DNA of 35,418 nt. Origin: Candidatus Sigynarchaeum calidifontis (GTDB lineage Archaea > Asgardarchaeota > Lokiarchaeia > Sigyniarchaeales > Sigyniarchaeaceae). Below, piece after piece: positions 26,923-34,578 of the stretch. The stretch covers positions 1 through 35,418 of the forward strand of contig JAUQYZ020000193.1 in NCBI GenBank assembly GCA_030587475.2, written 5' to 3'. Within the stretch, counting starts at the first letter, position 1. Every line of letters begins with the position of its first letter. The notes under the pieces were generated by a model. The model was not told the DNA's origin. It ran no database searches and saw only the letters and a list, made by a program, of their open reading frames with translations. The translations under genes and the position numbers were made by a program.

Positions 26923-26947
26923 ATTATTTAACGCTCGGTTAAATAAT
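26923..26947. other. Perfect 10-bp inverted repeat near the att site
   Basis: ATTATTTAAC-GCTCG-GTTAAATAAT, immediately preceded by the palindrome TTCAATTGAA (26913-26922). Confidence 0.8.
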
Positions 26948-26974
26948 AACCAGCTCGCCCCCTGGCCAGAGGAG

Positions 26975-27026
26975 AATCATCATCCATTTCCTCAAAAAAA
27001 GAATGCAGGGGACGGGAATTGAACCC
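26975..27026 (-). repeat. tRNA-proximal att copy
   Basis: AATCATCATCCATTTCCTCAAAAAAAGAATGCAGGGGACGGGAATTGAACCC, a direct repeat of 23183-23232. Confidence 0.92.
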
Positions 27027-27086
27027 GCGCATCCCTACGGAACCAGGGCCTGAACCTGGCGTCGTTGACGACTTGACTACCCCTGC
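27004..27086 (-). tRNA. tRNA-Leu(CAG)
   Basis: GCAGGGGTAGTCAAGTCGTCAACGACGCCAGGTTCAGGCCCTGGTTCCGTAGGGATGCGCGGGTTCAATTCCCGTCCCCTGCA. Acceptor stem GCAGGGG/CCCCTGC; anticodon stem CCAGG/CCTGG with loop TTCAGGC; long variable arm; T-loop TTCAATT; discriminator A; no encoded CCA; T-rich terminator downstream. Confidence 0.95.
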
Positions 27087-27223
27087 GCCTATTTTTGACT
27101 TGTTTTTGACCTTTCCGGCCTTTTTTTAACTTTTTTTTCTACCTTCCGCAGACCGAGTTATCGAACCATTGAGATAAATAGATAAATGCCCTCCGGTTTT
27201 TATCGATTCGCAAGAGGTCTATC

Positions 27224-28081
27224 ATGACACGCTGGTGCAAAACACTCGTCAACATCGCGCGCGAGGCCGGCGATGCCATCAAGCCGGTACTCGGCACGGC
27301 CGACGCTGGCTTGGACATCGGCGATGGCGCGGGGGGAGACGTGACCAAGCAAATCGATGCCCTGGCGGAGGAATGCATAATTGAGGCGTTCCGGCATGCC
27401 GGCGAACCCGTGAAGATCATCACGGAAGAGCGGGGCGTCGTCCTCGTGAATGAAAACGGTAATTCAAGCCAAAAAGAGCTCACCGCTATCGTCGATCCCA
27501 TCGACGGCAGCTTCAACGCATCGGTAAATCTCCCGTTCTTCGCAGTGAGCATTGCCATCGCCGACGGCTCGCTCGTGCGGGATATCACCGACGCTGCTGT
27601 TTTAAACGTCTCGACTGGCGATGTATTCTCGGCAAGCAAGGGGGAAGGCGCATGGTTTAATGGAAAGCCAGCCAGCGTGAACCGGGCAGCCACGAACCTC
27701 GCCGAAGCATCAATGGGAATTGACATCAACCCGAAACGCGGGGAATTCAGCCGCGTCGCCCTGATCAACCAACACTCGAAGCTGCTCGACATGCCAAAGA
27801 AAATACGCGTGCTCGGGTCCAACGCCCTGGAAGCGTGCTTGATAGCCACGGGCGCGCTGGATTGCTTCATCGACGTGCGCGGCAGTCTCCGTCTCTTCGA
27901 CATCGCCGCGGCATGGCTCATCGTGAGGGAAGCTGGTGGTTACATGTTCGAACTCCGCGATGGGAACGTGATCGACTTGGATAACCGCACGCTCGGCATC
28001 GAGGGCCGCTTGGCCGTGCTCGCGACCGCGTCGATCGCGCTCAAGGACGCGATTGTACCCTTGGTAAAGAAAAGTATTTGA
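27224..28081 (+). CDS. suhB: Inositol monophosphatase / FBPase (SuhB-like bifunctional archaeal enzyme)
   Basis: GAGGDVTKQID, ITEE, VDPIDGSFN, RVLGSNALE and FDIAAAWLIVREAGG. Confidence 0.9.
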   Translation: MTRWCKTLVNIAREAGDAIKPVLGTADAGLDIGDGAGGDVTKQIDALAEECIIEAFRHAGEPVKIITEERGVVLVNENGNSSQKELTAIVDPIDGSFNASVNLPFFAVSIAIADGSLVRDITDAAVLNVSTGDVFSASKGEGAWFNGKPASVNRAATNLAEASMGIDINPKRGEFSRVALINQHSKLLDMPKKIRVLGSNALEACLIATGALDCFIDVRGSLRLFDIAAAWLIVREAGGYMFELRDGNVIDLDNRTLGIEGRLAVLATASIALKDAIVPLVKKSI

Positions 28082-28090
28082 AAGCCGGTC

Positions 28091-28152
28091 GTGAAATTGT
28101 GATTGAAGGCAGACTATTTCGTGATAGAAATTTTGTGAAATTGTGATCGAAG
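28091..28152. repeat. 18-bp direct repeat pair, possible regulator binding sites
   Basis: GTGAAATTGTGATTGAAG (28091-28108) and GTGAAATTGTGATCGAAG (28135-28152), 17/18 identical, 44-bp period. Confidence 0.75.
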
Positions 28153-28317
28153 CACCTGGTTGAAAACGATCATGCCGAGATACCGAACGGGGCGCCTCAC
28201 TCCCGCCGAGAAGTCGAAAAGAAACGCTGCTTTCGCATTGATCTTGATAATGCTCATTTCTCTTGTTATAGGGCTCGTGATGATGATGCAAGCCTTGAAC
28301 GCGAACAAATAAGGACA

Positions 28318-29070
28318 GTGATCATGACGAGCGACGCCACGGATAAGAAAGAGAAGGAATCGGTCAAGTTTTTCAAGTTCAACAAGGAAACCGCCGAGTT
28401 CGAGGAGATCCCGCCAACATCAATACCACCCGAGGGCATCAAGAAGGTGATCCAGGAGAACCCGGCAGACTCCTTCGCCATCCTCCAGGTGCCATACATC
28501 GTCTGGTTGTACCACGGAGCAAAAACGACCGTCCAGACCAAGTTCGTGTCTGCGCGCACGGTTTCCAAGCTGCGCGATGACATCATGCTCGGCGCCAAGA
28601 TCATGACCGTGGACGAGGGCAGCGAGCCATTACCGTTCAAGTTCATCACGAAAATGGCCGATCCAGCGGACTTTGGCATCGAAAAAGGCACGGCCGAGTA
28701 CAAGCCCGCATACACGGGTTCCGCGGAAGACCTTACCAAGATCGAGAAGATGTCGCTAGAGAAAGTCTCGCTATTACTCGAACAAATCCCGACCCCCAAC
28801 GGGTTCGAGCGCGAGGTCATCATCCACGACAACTCGATCTACGCCGTGAAAAACGCCCGGCGCAGCTTCATGGGATCCGAGATAGAAGAGATCGAGCTGA
28901 TCCCGTTGCCGAAGGACGTGCGGGTGGAAAGTGGCACGTATCTAGCCGAGGAGCTCTGCCCCCGGTTATATTTCGAGAACAACAAGCTGCTGCTCGTGGA
29001 ACTGCTCCGCAAGACCCCCGAGCGTGTAAAAAAAGAAACTTTGTTTGACAAGCTGGACAAGAACGCGTGA
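28318..29070 (+). CDS. Gelsolin-domain protein (single gelsolin domain plus a C-terminal domain, Asgard type)
   Basis: DSFAIL...IVWLYHGAKTTVQTKFVSARTVSKLRD...KIMTVDEGSEPLPF matches the gelsolin core (D.fil...vwvW.G.......k..a...a..l......i..v.eG.Ep..F). Likely ATG at 28324. Confidence 0.8.
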   Translation: MIMTSDATDKKEKESVKFFKFNKETAEFEEIPPTSIPPEGIKKVIQENPADSFAILQVPYIVWLYHGAKTTVQTKFVSARTVSKLRDDIMLGAKIMTVDEGSEPLPFKFITKMADPADFGIEKGTAEYKPAYTGSAEDLTKIEKMSLEKVSLLLEQIPTPNGFEREVIIHDNSIYAVKNARRSFMGSEIEEIELIPLPKDVRVESGTYLAEELCPRLYFENNKLLLVELLRKTPERVKKETLFDKLDKNA

Positions 29071-29097
29071 TCCTGGCGTACCAGGGATCCGAGGCGG

Positions 29098-29484
29098 ATG
29101 GCCGTGGCTGAAAAACCCGAGGAGAAAACCGACGAGAGCAAGAAAGTGAGCGAGATCAAGTTCAAGCCGCTCGCCATCCGCCAGGATGTCCCCATCGACT
29201 TCTGGAAAAAGAAAGACACGGTGGTGGAAGACGAGCCCATGATCGTGGAGGTGAAGGATGCTAACGAGGGCGTGCCAGTCCGGGGCAAATGCATCGTCTG
29301 CTACAAGCCGATCTACGACACCCAGACCGAGAAGGATGACCTATTCTCGTGCCCGAATTGCAGCCGCGAGGCACATTACTTGTGTGCCACGATCTTCATA
29401 ACCGAGCACAAAATATGCCCGGTGTGCTCGTCCAAGCTGGAGCTGGACAAGGGAACGGGGAATTACGTCGTCGTCAAGAAATGA
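29098..29484 (+). CDS. RING/PHD-like (C4HC3) zinc finger protein
   Basis: C-x2-C-x16-C-x2-C-x4-H-x2-C-x10-C-x2-C (CIVC...CPNC...HYLC...CPVC); starts 27 bp after the gelsolin stop. Confidence 0.75.
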   Translation: MAVAEKPEEKTDESKKVSEIKFKPLAIRQDVPIDFWKKKDTVVEDEPMIVEVKDANEGVPVRGKCIVCYKPIYDTQTEKDDLFSCPNCSREAHYLCATIFITEHKICPVCSSKLELDKGTGNYVVVKK

Positions 29485-29592
29485 TATGGAAAGAGATCTT
29501 GATCATTCTCGTTGCCAGGAGCGCCGTCCATCGATCTCCACGAAATATATTGATGCCGAAGAGGTTTTGAATTCGCTGGGCTGCGAAAAATC

Positions 29593-31260
29593 TTAAGTAT
29601 CAATCCCCAATTTTTGCTTGGCTTGTTTTTTCATGGAAATGAATGTTTTGATGTCGACGGCGGGATTGCCGGCATACATCTGGTTGCTTTCCAGGTGCAT
29701 GTCCTCCGGTACGACGGAATGTATGCCGAGCATCACGTTGTCGCCAATGTTTGCACCTGCCATTATGTTGGACGGGGCAATGACGCAATTCCGCCCGATC
29801 GACGTTTTCTTGATGACCAGCCGCGGGTTCGGGTCTTCGGTCAATTTATACGCGTAAACGTGGGTGCCGACACTCAACAGCGTGTTTTCCCCGATCGAGA
29901 CGTGATCCGTGTCTACCACGGCTTCTGTGAACATCGATTTCAAGGCAACATGGTTGTCTTTGCCTATGAACTTGTAGAGAACCGTCGAAACGTCTGGGAA
30001 CAACGACCTCAAGACACGGTCCACCATCCGCCACTTCAACCATTTGCAGCATTTCCACTTCTCGATTATTTGAGCATCCGTGATCTCGATGGAATCCCCT
30101 TGCTTGCCACTATTTTTTTCCGCAGTGCCATCATCCTTCGGGCTATCAATGTCGGGAAGACCTTTCTGAAGTTTTTTCATCATGGGATATATAACCCCGA
30201 GGGAAATGAACACGTTCAAGCAGTAACCAGTGAAAAACATTGCAGGAATGAGGAAAATATTGATTATAGGCCCGATCACGGGAAAAACACCATCGATGAG
30301 CAAGACCACGAAAAACCAATTTAGGAGGATAAAGACAATCCCCGCGATATAGCCTAGTAACGATGCAATTTTATCAACCACGCGTGGTCCAATGGAGGAG
30401 AAAGATGACCAATCTTGTAGCATTTTAGACTTGAGCTTGTTTTTTGCGAGGACCTGCCTTCGCCAGCGCTCGAGTTCTTCCTTTGACAGATCCGAAACCT
30501 CGCCAACACGGCGGAATAAAGGATTCTCTTCATAGATCCCGCCTGCTTTCAACGTGTAATCTTTCAAGATGCTCGTGCCGGCTTTAACGATAACGTTGTC
30601 CTCTATGACACTCCCGGGACCTACACACGTCCGGTGCATTTCATCGCCCGAATCTATTATGCAATTCTTTCCTATCTTCACGGCTTTCAGGGTCACGTTA
30701 TCTCCCTCGATCACGTGGGAGCCGATCACGATCTGTCTCGCGATGACCGTGTTGTCCCCGATCTCGCACTTTTCCAGGGGAAACCACTCGGGCAGCTCGA
30801 CGTGCTTGCCGATCTTGATGAACGTGCCGGCATACTTTCGATACAACCAGCGTGGCGCGTGGTACTTGAATAGCCAGATCGAGAACTTCTTGACCACGTG
30901 GCGCTTTGAAAACTGCTGGAATGCCTTGTCATAAAGGGATTTCTTGAATCTACCCTCGGGAATTTCCTTGAACCTCATGACCAAACCGACACATATCTTT
31001 GCTTGCAGCCACGACCATCCATACAACACGACAAGTGAAAGACTTATCGTGGCGAGTGTGATGGCGACAAGCGCGAGCCATGAATCTTCGCATCCTTGTG
31101 CATTCAAAGGATTGAACAGCTTGAGAAAAAGGTAGCCCGTGGTCGTGGCTGGAAGGATGGAGAAATAACAAGTTCCCAGGAAAAGCATTATAGAACCCCG
31201 AATTGATATGATGGGATCCGTCTGGCCTTGTTTATCTTCTCCTTTTTCATCATTTTTCAT
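29593..31260 (-). CDS. Membrane protein with two [TM pair + left-handed beta-helix] modules, acyltransferase-like
   Basis: Two TM pairs, each followed by hexapeptide repeats (IKIGKHV, CEIGDNTVI, VKIGKNCII; SIGENTLL, SIGRNCVI, ANIGDNVML); ends with YAGNPA. Confidence 0.75.
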   Translation of the reverse strand: MKNDEKGEDKQGQTDPIISIRGSIMLFLGTCYFSILPATTTGYLFLKLFNPLNAQGCEDSWLALVAITLATISLSLVVLYGWSWLQAKICVGLVMRFKEIPEGRFKKSLYDKAFQQFSKRHVVKKFSIWLFKYHAPRWLYRKYAGTFIKIGKHVELPEWFPLEKCEIGDNTVIARQIVIGSHVIEGDNVTLKAVKIGKNCIIDSGDEMHRTCVGPGSVIEDNVIVKAGTSILKDYTLKAGGIYEENPLFRRVGEVSDLSKEELERWRRQVLAKNKLKSKMLQDWSSFSSIGPRVVDKIASLLGYIAGIVFILLNWFFVVLLIDGVFPVIGPIINIFLIPAMFFTGYCLNVFISLGVIYPMMKKLQKGLPDIDSPKDDGTAEKNSGKQGDSIEITDAQIIEKWKCCKWLKWRMVDRVLRSLFPDVSTVLYKFIGKDNHVALKSMFTEAVVDTDHVSIGENTLLSVGTHVYAYKLTEDPNPRLVIKKTSIGRNCVIAPSNIMAGANIGDNVMLGIHSVVPEDMHLESNQMYAGNPAVDIKTFISMKKQAKQKLGIDT

Positions 31261-31512
31261 TTTAGAACGATCCGGAGTTGATCATCCAGATTTTTAAACT
31301 GATGTGGTAACATAGATGTTTTAATATTTCGCCCACACGACGAATCGAAGGCGCTCGAGAAATGATCCTTCACGATTCTCCTTTGCGATCGGCCTTCGTG
31401 AATGTCACGACACGACTAGGAGGAAATCACATGTATATCAGACCACCTCATCGGAATGTATTTCTTAAACGGCACCATGATCTCAACTATACTGGATGTA
31501 GAGTGAGCATGC

Positions 31513-32937
31513 TTGGGAAAGAAGACAAGGAAACAACCGGATAAGAAAGGGCCTGAGGAAAACCCGGACGCGAAATCTGCAGAGCAAGTACCAGAGCTTC
31601 CAAAGGAGGAATTCACGGTCACCGACAAGTCTAAGATAACGATGGAGGAGGCCGAGAAACTCCAAGCCGAGATGAACCTCGGCACGTGCGGGCACGTGGA
31701 CCACGGCAAGACAACCTTGGTTCAGGCCCTTTCGGGCGTGCGCACGGATCGCCATTCGGAGGAGGTGGAGCGGGGCATCACGATCAAGCTCGGTTATGCA
31801 GACACGATCATCGCTCGCTGCACGAAATGCCCGGAGCCTGACTGCTTCTGGACCAAGGAAATGCTCAAGCAAGAATACATCAAGAAAGGTGTCGCCGCTA
31901 AGGACATCGACCTCAACAAATGCCCGACATGCGGTGGCCCTGTCAAGGTATTACGCAAGATCTCCTTCGTTGACGCGCCTGGTCATGAAATCCTCATGGC
32001 AACCATGCTCTCCGGCGCGTCGCTCATGGACGGGGCCATGCTACTCGTCGCGGCTGACGAAAAAGTCCCGCAACCACAAACTCGCGAGCACCTGGCCGCC
32101 CTCAGCGTCATGAACTTGAAAAATATCATTGTCGTGCAAAATAAAGTTGACGCACAACCCCGGGAGAAAGTCATCGAAAATTTCCAGGCGATCAAGGCGT
32201 TCTTAAAAGGCTCTATCGCCGAAAACGCCCCCATCGTGCCGGTTTCGGCCGTTTTCAAAGCTAACTTGCACGAGCTCGTCCAGTTCATCGAAAAATACGT
32301 GCCCACGCCGGCACGTGACCCGTCGAAACCGACTCGCTTTTTCGTTGCCCGCAGTTTCGACGTCAACCGCCCCGGAACGAAAATCGAAAAGCTTCAAGGT
32401 GGCGTGATCGGCGGCTCTCTTGCCGGAGGTTGCCTAAAAAAAGGTGATATAATCGAGATCAAGCCCGGTATCAAGGTCGATGACAAGTACATAGAACTCA
32501 CGTCGACTATCGATTCTATCAACACGGGATCAGCCCTGGCCGAAAAAGTTGGACCGGGCGGCTTGCTCGGCATCAAGACATTGCTTGACCCGTCCATCAC
32601 GAAATCTGACGGGTTGATCGGTTGCCTGGTTGGCCGGAAGGGAGAACTTCCCCCGTCAACAGACAACATAACTATAAGCGCCCAGTTACTTGAACGAGTG
32701 GTCGGGACAGCGGATGGATCGGCACGGGTCGAACCGCTCAGGGTCGGGGAGAACATCATGGTTTCCATCGGCACGATGACGACGCTCGGTGCCATCACGT
32801 CGCTCTCCAAGGGCAGGGCCAGGCTAAGGCTCGTGCGTCGCGTGTGCTCGGATCCCGGCATGCTGCTTGCGATCTCTCGCCAAGTTAATAACCGGTGGCG
32901 CCTGGTCGGATACGGGAAGCTTGAAGAGATCCAATAG
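31513..32937 (+). CDS. eif2g: Translation initiation factor 2 gamma subunit
   Basis: NLGTCGHVDHGKTT, RGITIKLGYA, SFVDAPGHEILMATMLSGA, QNKVD, RSFDVNRPG and WRLVGYG. TTG start; alternative ATG at 31642. Confidence 0.97.
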   Translation: MGKKTRKQPDKKGPEENPDAKSAEQVPELPKEEFTVTDKSKITMEEAEKLQAEMNLGTCGHVDHGKTTLVQALSGVRTDRHSEEVERGITIKLGYADTIIARCTKCPEPDCFWTKEMLKQEYIKKGVAAKDIDLNKCPTCGGPVKVLRKISFVDAPGHEILMATMLSGASLMDGAMLLVAADEKVPQPQTREHLAALSVMNLKNIIVVQNKVDAQPREKVIENFQAIKAFLKGSIAENAPIVPVSAVFKANLHELVQFIEKYVPTPARDPSKPTRFFVARSFDVNRPGTKIEKLQGGVIGGSLAGGCLKKGDIIEIKPGIKVDDKYIELTSTIDSINTGSALAEKVGPGGLLGIKTLLDPSITKSDGLIGCLVGRKGELPPSTDNITISAQLLERVVGTADGSARVEPLRVGENIMVSIGTMTTLGAITSLSKGRARLRLVRRVCSDPGMLLAISRQVNNRWRLVGYGKLEEIQ

Positions 32938-33026
32938 CTAGTCCCAGCGCCCTCACCTACAACTATGCCATTAAATGCTCGTTGCGTTTTATCTACCATC
33001 ACGTCCCTTTCAGCAAGGCGATTGCC

Positions 33027-33974
33027 GTGGATAACGAGAAGCAAGATGCGGGATGCAATGTTGACCAGATCCGAATCAAGAAGGGAGAAAAAGCCTCAGA
33101 CTTGATACGATTACTCCGCGGCACGGGGTTCAACGCAAAGCGGCTGAGCATGGCCTGCGAAATCTACGAAGCCATGGCAAAGGACAGCACGTGCGTGAAA
33201 ATAATGACCCTCGCGGGGGCAATGGTTCCCGCAGGAATGCGCGGCGTGATCTCGGATTTCATCCGGTGCGGATTCGTCGATGTTCTCGTGACCACGGGCG
33301 CCAACCTTACCCACGACGTCATCGAATCGATCGGTTGCCACCACCAGCAAGGCACGGACCGCGTGTCGGATGCCGACCTTCACGACAAGGAAATCAACCG
33401 TATCTTCGACGTTTACATGCCGAACCAAGCCTACGAGGCCTTGGAGGACTATATCAAGGCATTGAAGTTCGACAAGACAATGCCAATCGTGGAATTCCTG
33501 GATTATCTCGGGGGTGAGCTCGCCAAGCTTCCGGAGGAAAATTCACGGGATTCCATCCTCGTCGCTTGCCATGAAAAAAAGGTGCCGGTCTTTTGCCCCG
33601 CGTTCACCGACTGCGGGCTGGGTATCCAGCTCATGATGAACCATCGCGGGCTCAAGCTAGACCAGTTCGAGGACTTGAACCACATGATCAACAAGGCTTG
33701 GGATTCCGAGAACGTCGGCGTGTTCATCATCGGCGGCGGGGTGCCAAAAAACTTCGCCTTCCAGGCGCTCCAGTTCTCCCCGAACAGCGCCAGGTATGCG
33801 ATCCAGATCACGACTGACCGGCCCGAGCCAGGCGGGCTAAGCGGGGCGACGTTGAGCGAGGCGGTCTCGTGGGGAAAAGTGAACGCCGACGCGCGGTCGG
33901 TTACCGTCATGTGCGACGCGACCATCGCCCTCCCGCTGATATTGGCATACTTGAAGGATGCTTGCTTAAAATGA
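33027..33974 (+). CDS. dys: Deoxyhypusine synthase
   Basis: GFNAKRL, AGAMVPAG, TTGANLTHD, INRIFD, GGGVPKN and GGLSGATLSEAVSWGK (catalytic Lys). Probable GTG start at 33027. Confidence 0.95.
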   Translation: MDNEKQDAGCNVDQIRIKKGEKASDLIRLLRGTGFNAKRLSMACEIYEAMAKDSTCVKIMTLAGAMVPAGMRGVISDFIRCGFVDVLVTTGANLTHDVIESIGCHHQQGTDRVSDADLHDKEINRIFDVYMPNQAYEALEDYIKALKFDKTMPIVEFLDYLGGELAKLPEENSRDSILVACHEKKVPVFCPAFTDCGLGIQLMMNHRGLKLDQFEDLNHMINKAWDSENVGVFIIGGGVPKNFAFQALQFSPNSARYAIQITTDRPEPGGLSGATLSEAVSWGKVNADARSVTVMCDATIALPLILAYLKDACLK

Positions 33975-33989
33975 GGGGACAAGGGTTCC

Positions 33990-34532
33990 ATGACCGAGCC
34001 CGATCACGATCAACCGGCCGAGCACGAATACGGCCCCCAGAAGCCCTTTTCTTTGAAATTGCACGTGTTACATCTCGACCAGGATGATCCGAAAAAGTGC
34101 ACCGCGAGAAAACTCAAGAAATTCGGCCTGGTAAGGCTACATTCCACCTTGAAAACCGTCCCCATCCGCTCGATCAAGCTGGACCCGTTCGCCGATACCA
34201 TCATGGGCGCGACCGACCGTGATGCGATCTTGCGTGATGGACTTACTGTCATCGACTGTTCCTGGAACGAGGCGACGGGCGTGTTCGACCGGCTTGAGCT
34301 CAAGAACGGGCGCCGGCTCGGCGTCGATTTCCTCGCGGCGAACCCGATCAACTATGCCATGCCCGGCAAACTGAGTTCAGTGGAAGCGCTAGCCGCATCG
34401 CTCATCATCACGGGCTTTTTCAATGAAGCCGAGTATTTGCTCTCGAAATTCGGCTGGGGCCACACGTTTTTAGAACTCAACAGAATGCTCATCGACGATA
34501 TCAAGAAAACCTTTGTCGAGAAGGATGAATGA
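33990..34532 (+). CDS. tsr3: rRNA aminocarboxypropyltransferase Tsr3 (DUF367)
   Basis: QDDPKKCTARKL, IDCSW, LAANPINY, KLSSVEALAA and FGWGHTFLELN. Confidence 0.95.
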   Translation: MTEPDHDQPAEHEYGPQKPFSLKLHVLHLDQDDPKKCTARKLKKFGLVRLHSTLKTVPIRSIKLDPFADTIMGATDRDAILRDGLTVIDCSWNEATGVFDRLELKNGRRLGVDFLAANPINYAMPGKLSSVEALAASLIITGFFNEAEYLLSKFGWGHTFLELNRMLIDDIKKTFVEKDE

Positions 34533-34578
34533 AAAAAAAATGTGATGGACGAATATTTGTCTTCTTCTAACCACTGTC

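Larger units (their letters stand above)
23183..27026. mobile_element. Small genomic island or integrated-element remnant at tRNA-Leu(CAG), no integrase
   Basis: Bounded by direct repeats that include the tRNA T-arm and acceptor 3' strand; visibly more GC-rich (one sampled 60-mer 41/60 GC vs 34/60 in the flanking PfkB gene); two orphan ORFs. Confidence 0.85.

Noticed and set aside
28091-28152. Possible mini-CRISPR array
   Set aside because: Only two 18-bp copies with a 26-bp spacer, too short, and no cas genes nearby.
28114-28308. 64-aa minus-strand ORF in the IMPase-gelsolin gap
   Set aside because: Non-ATG start, no motif, and it overlaps the probable promoter region.
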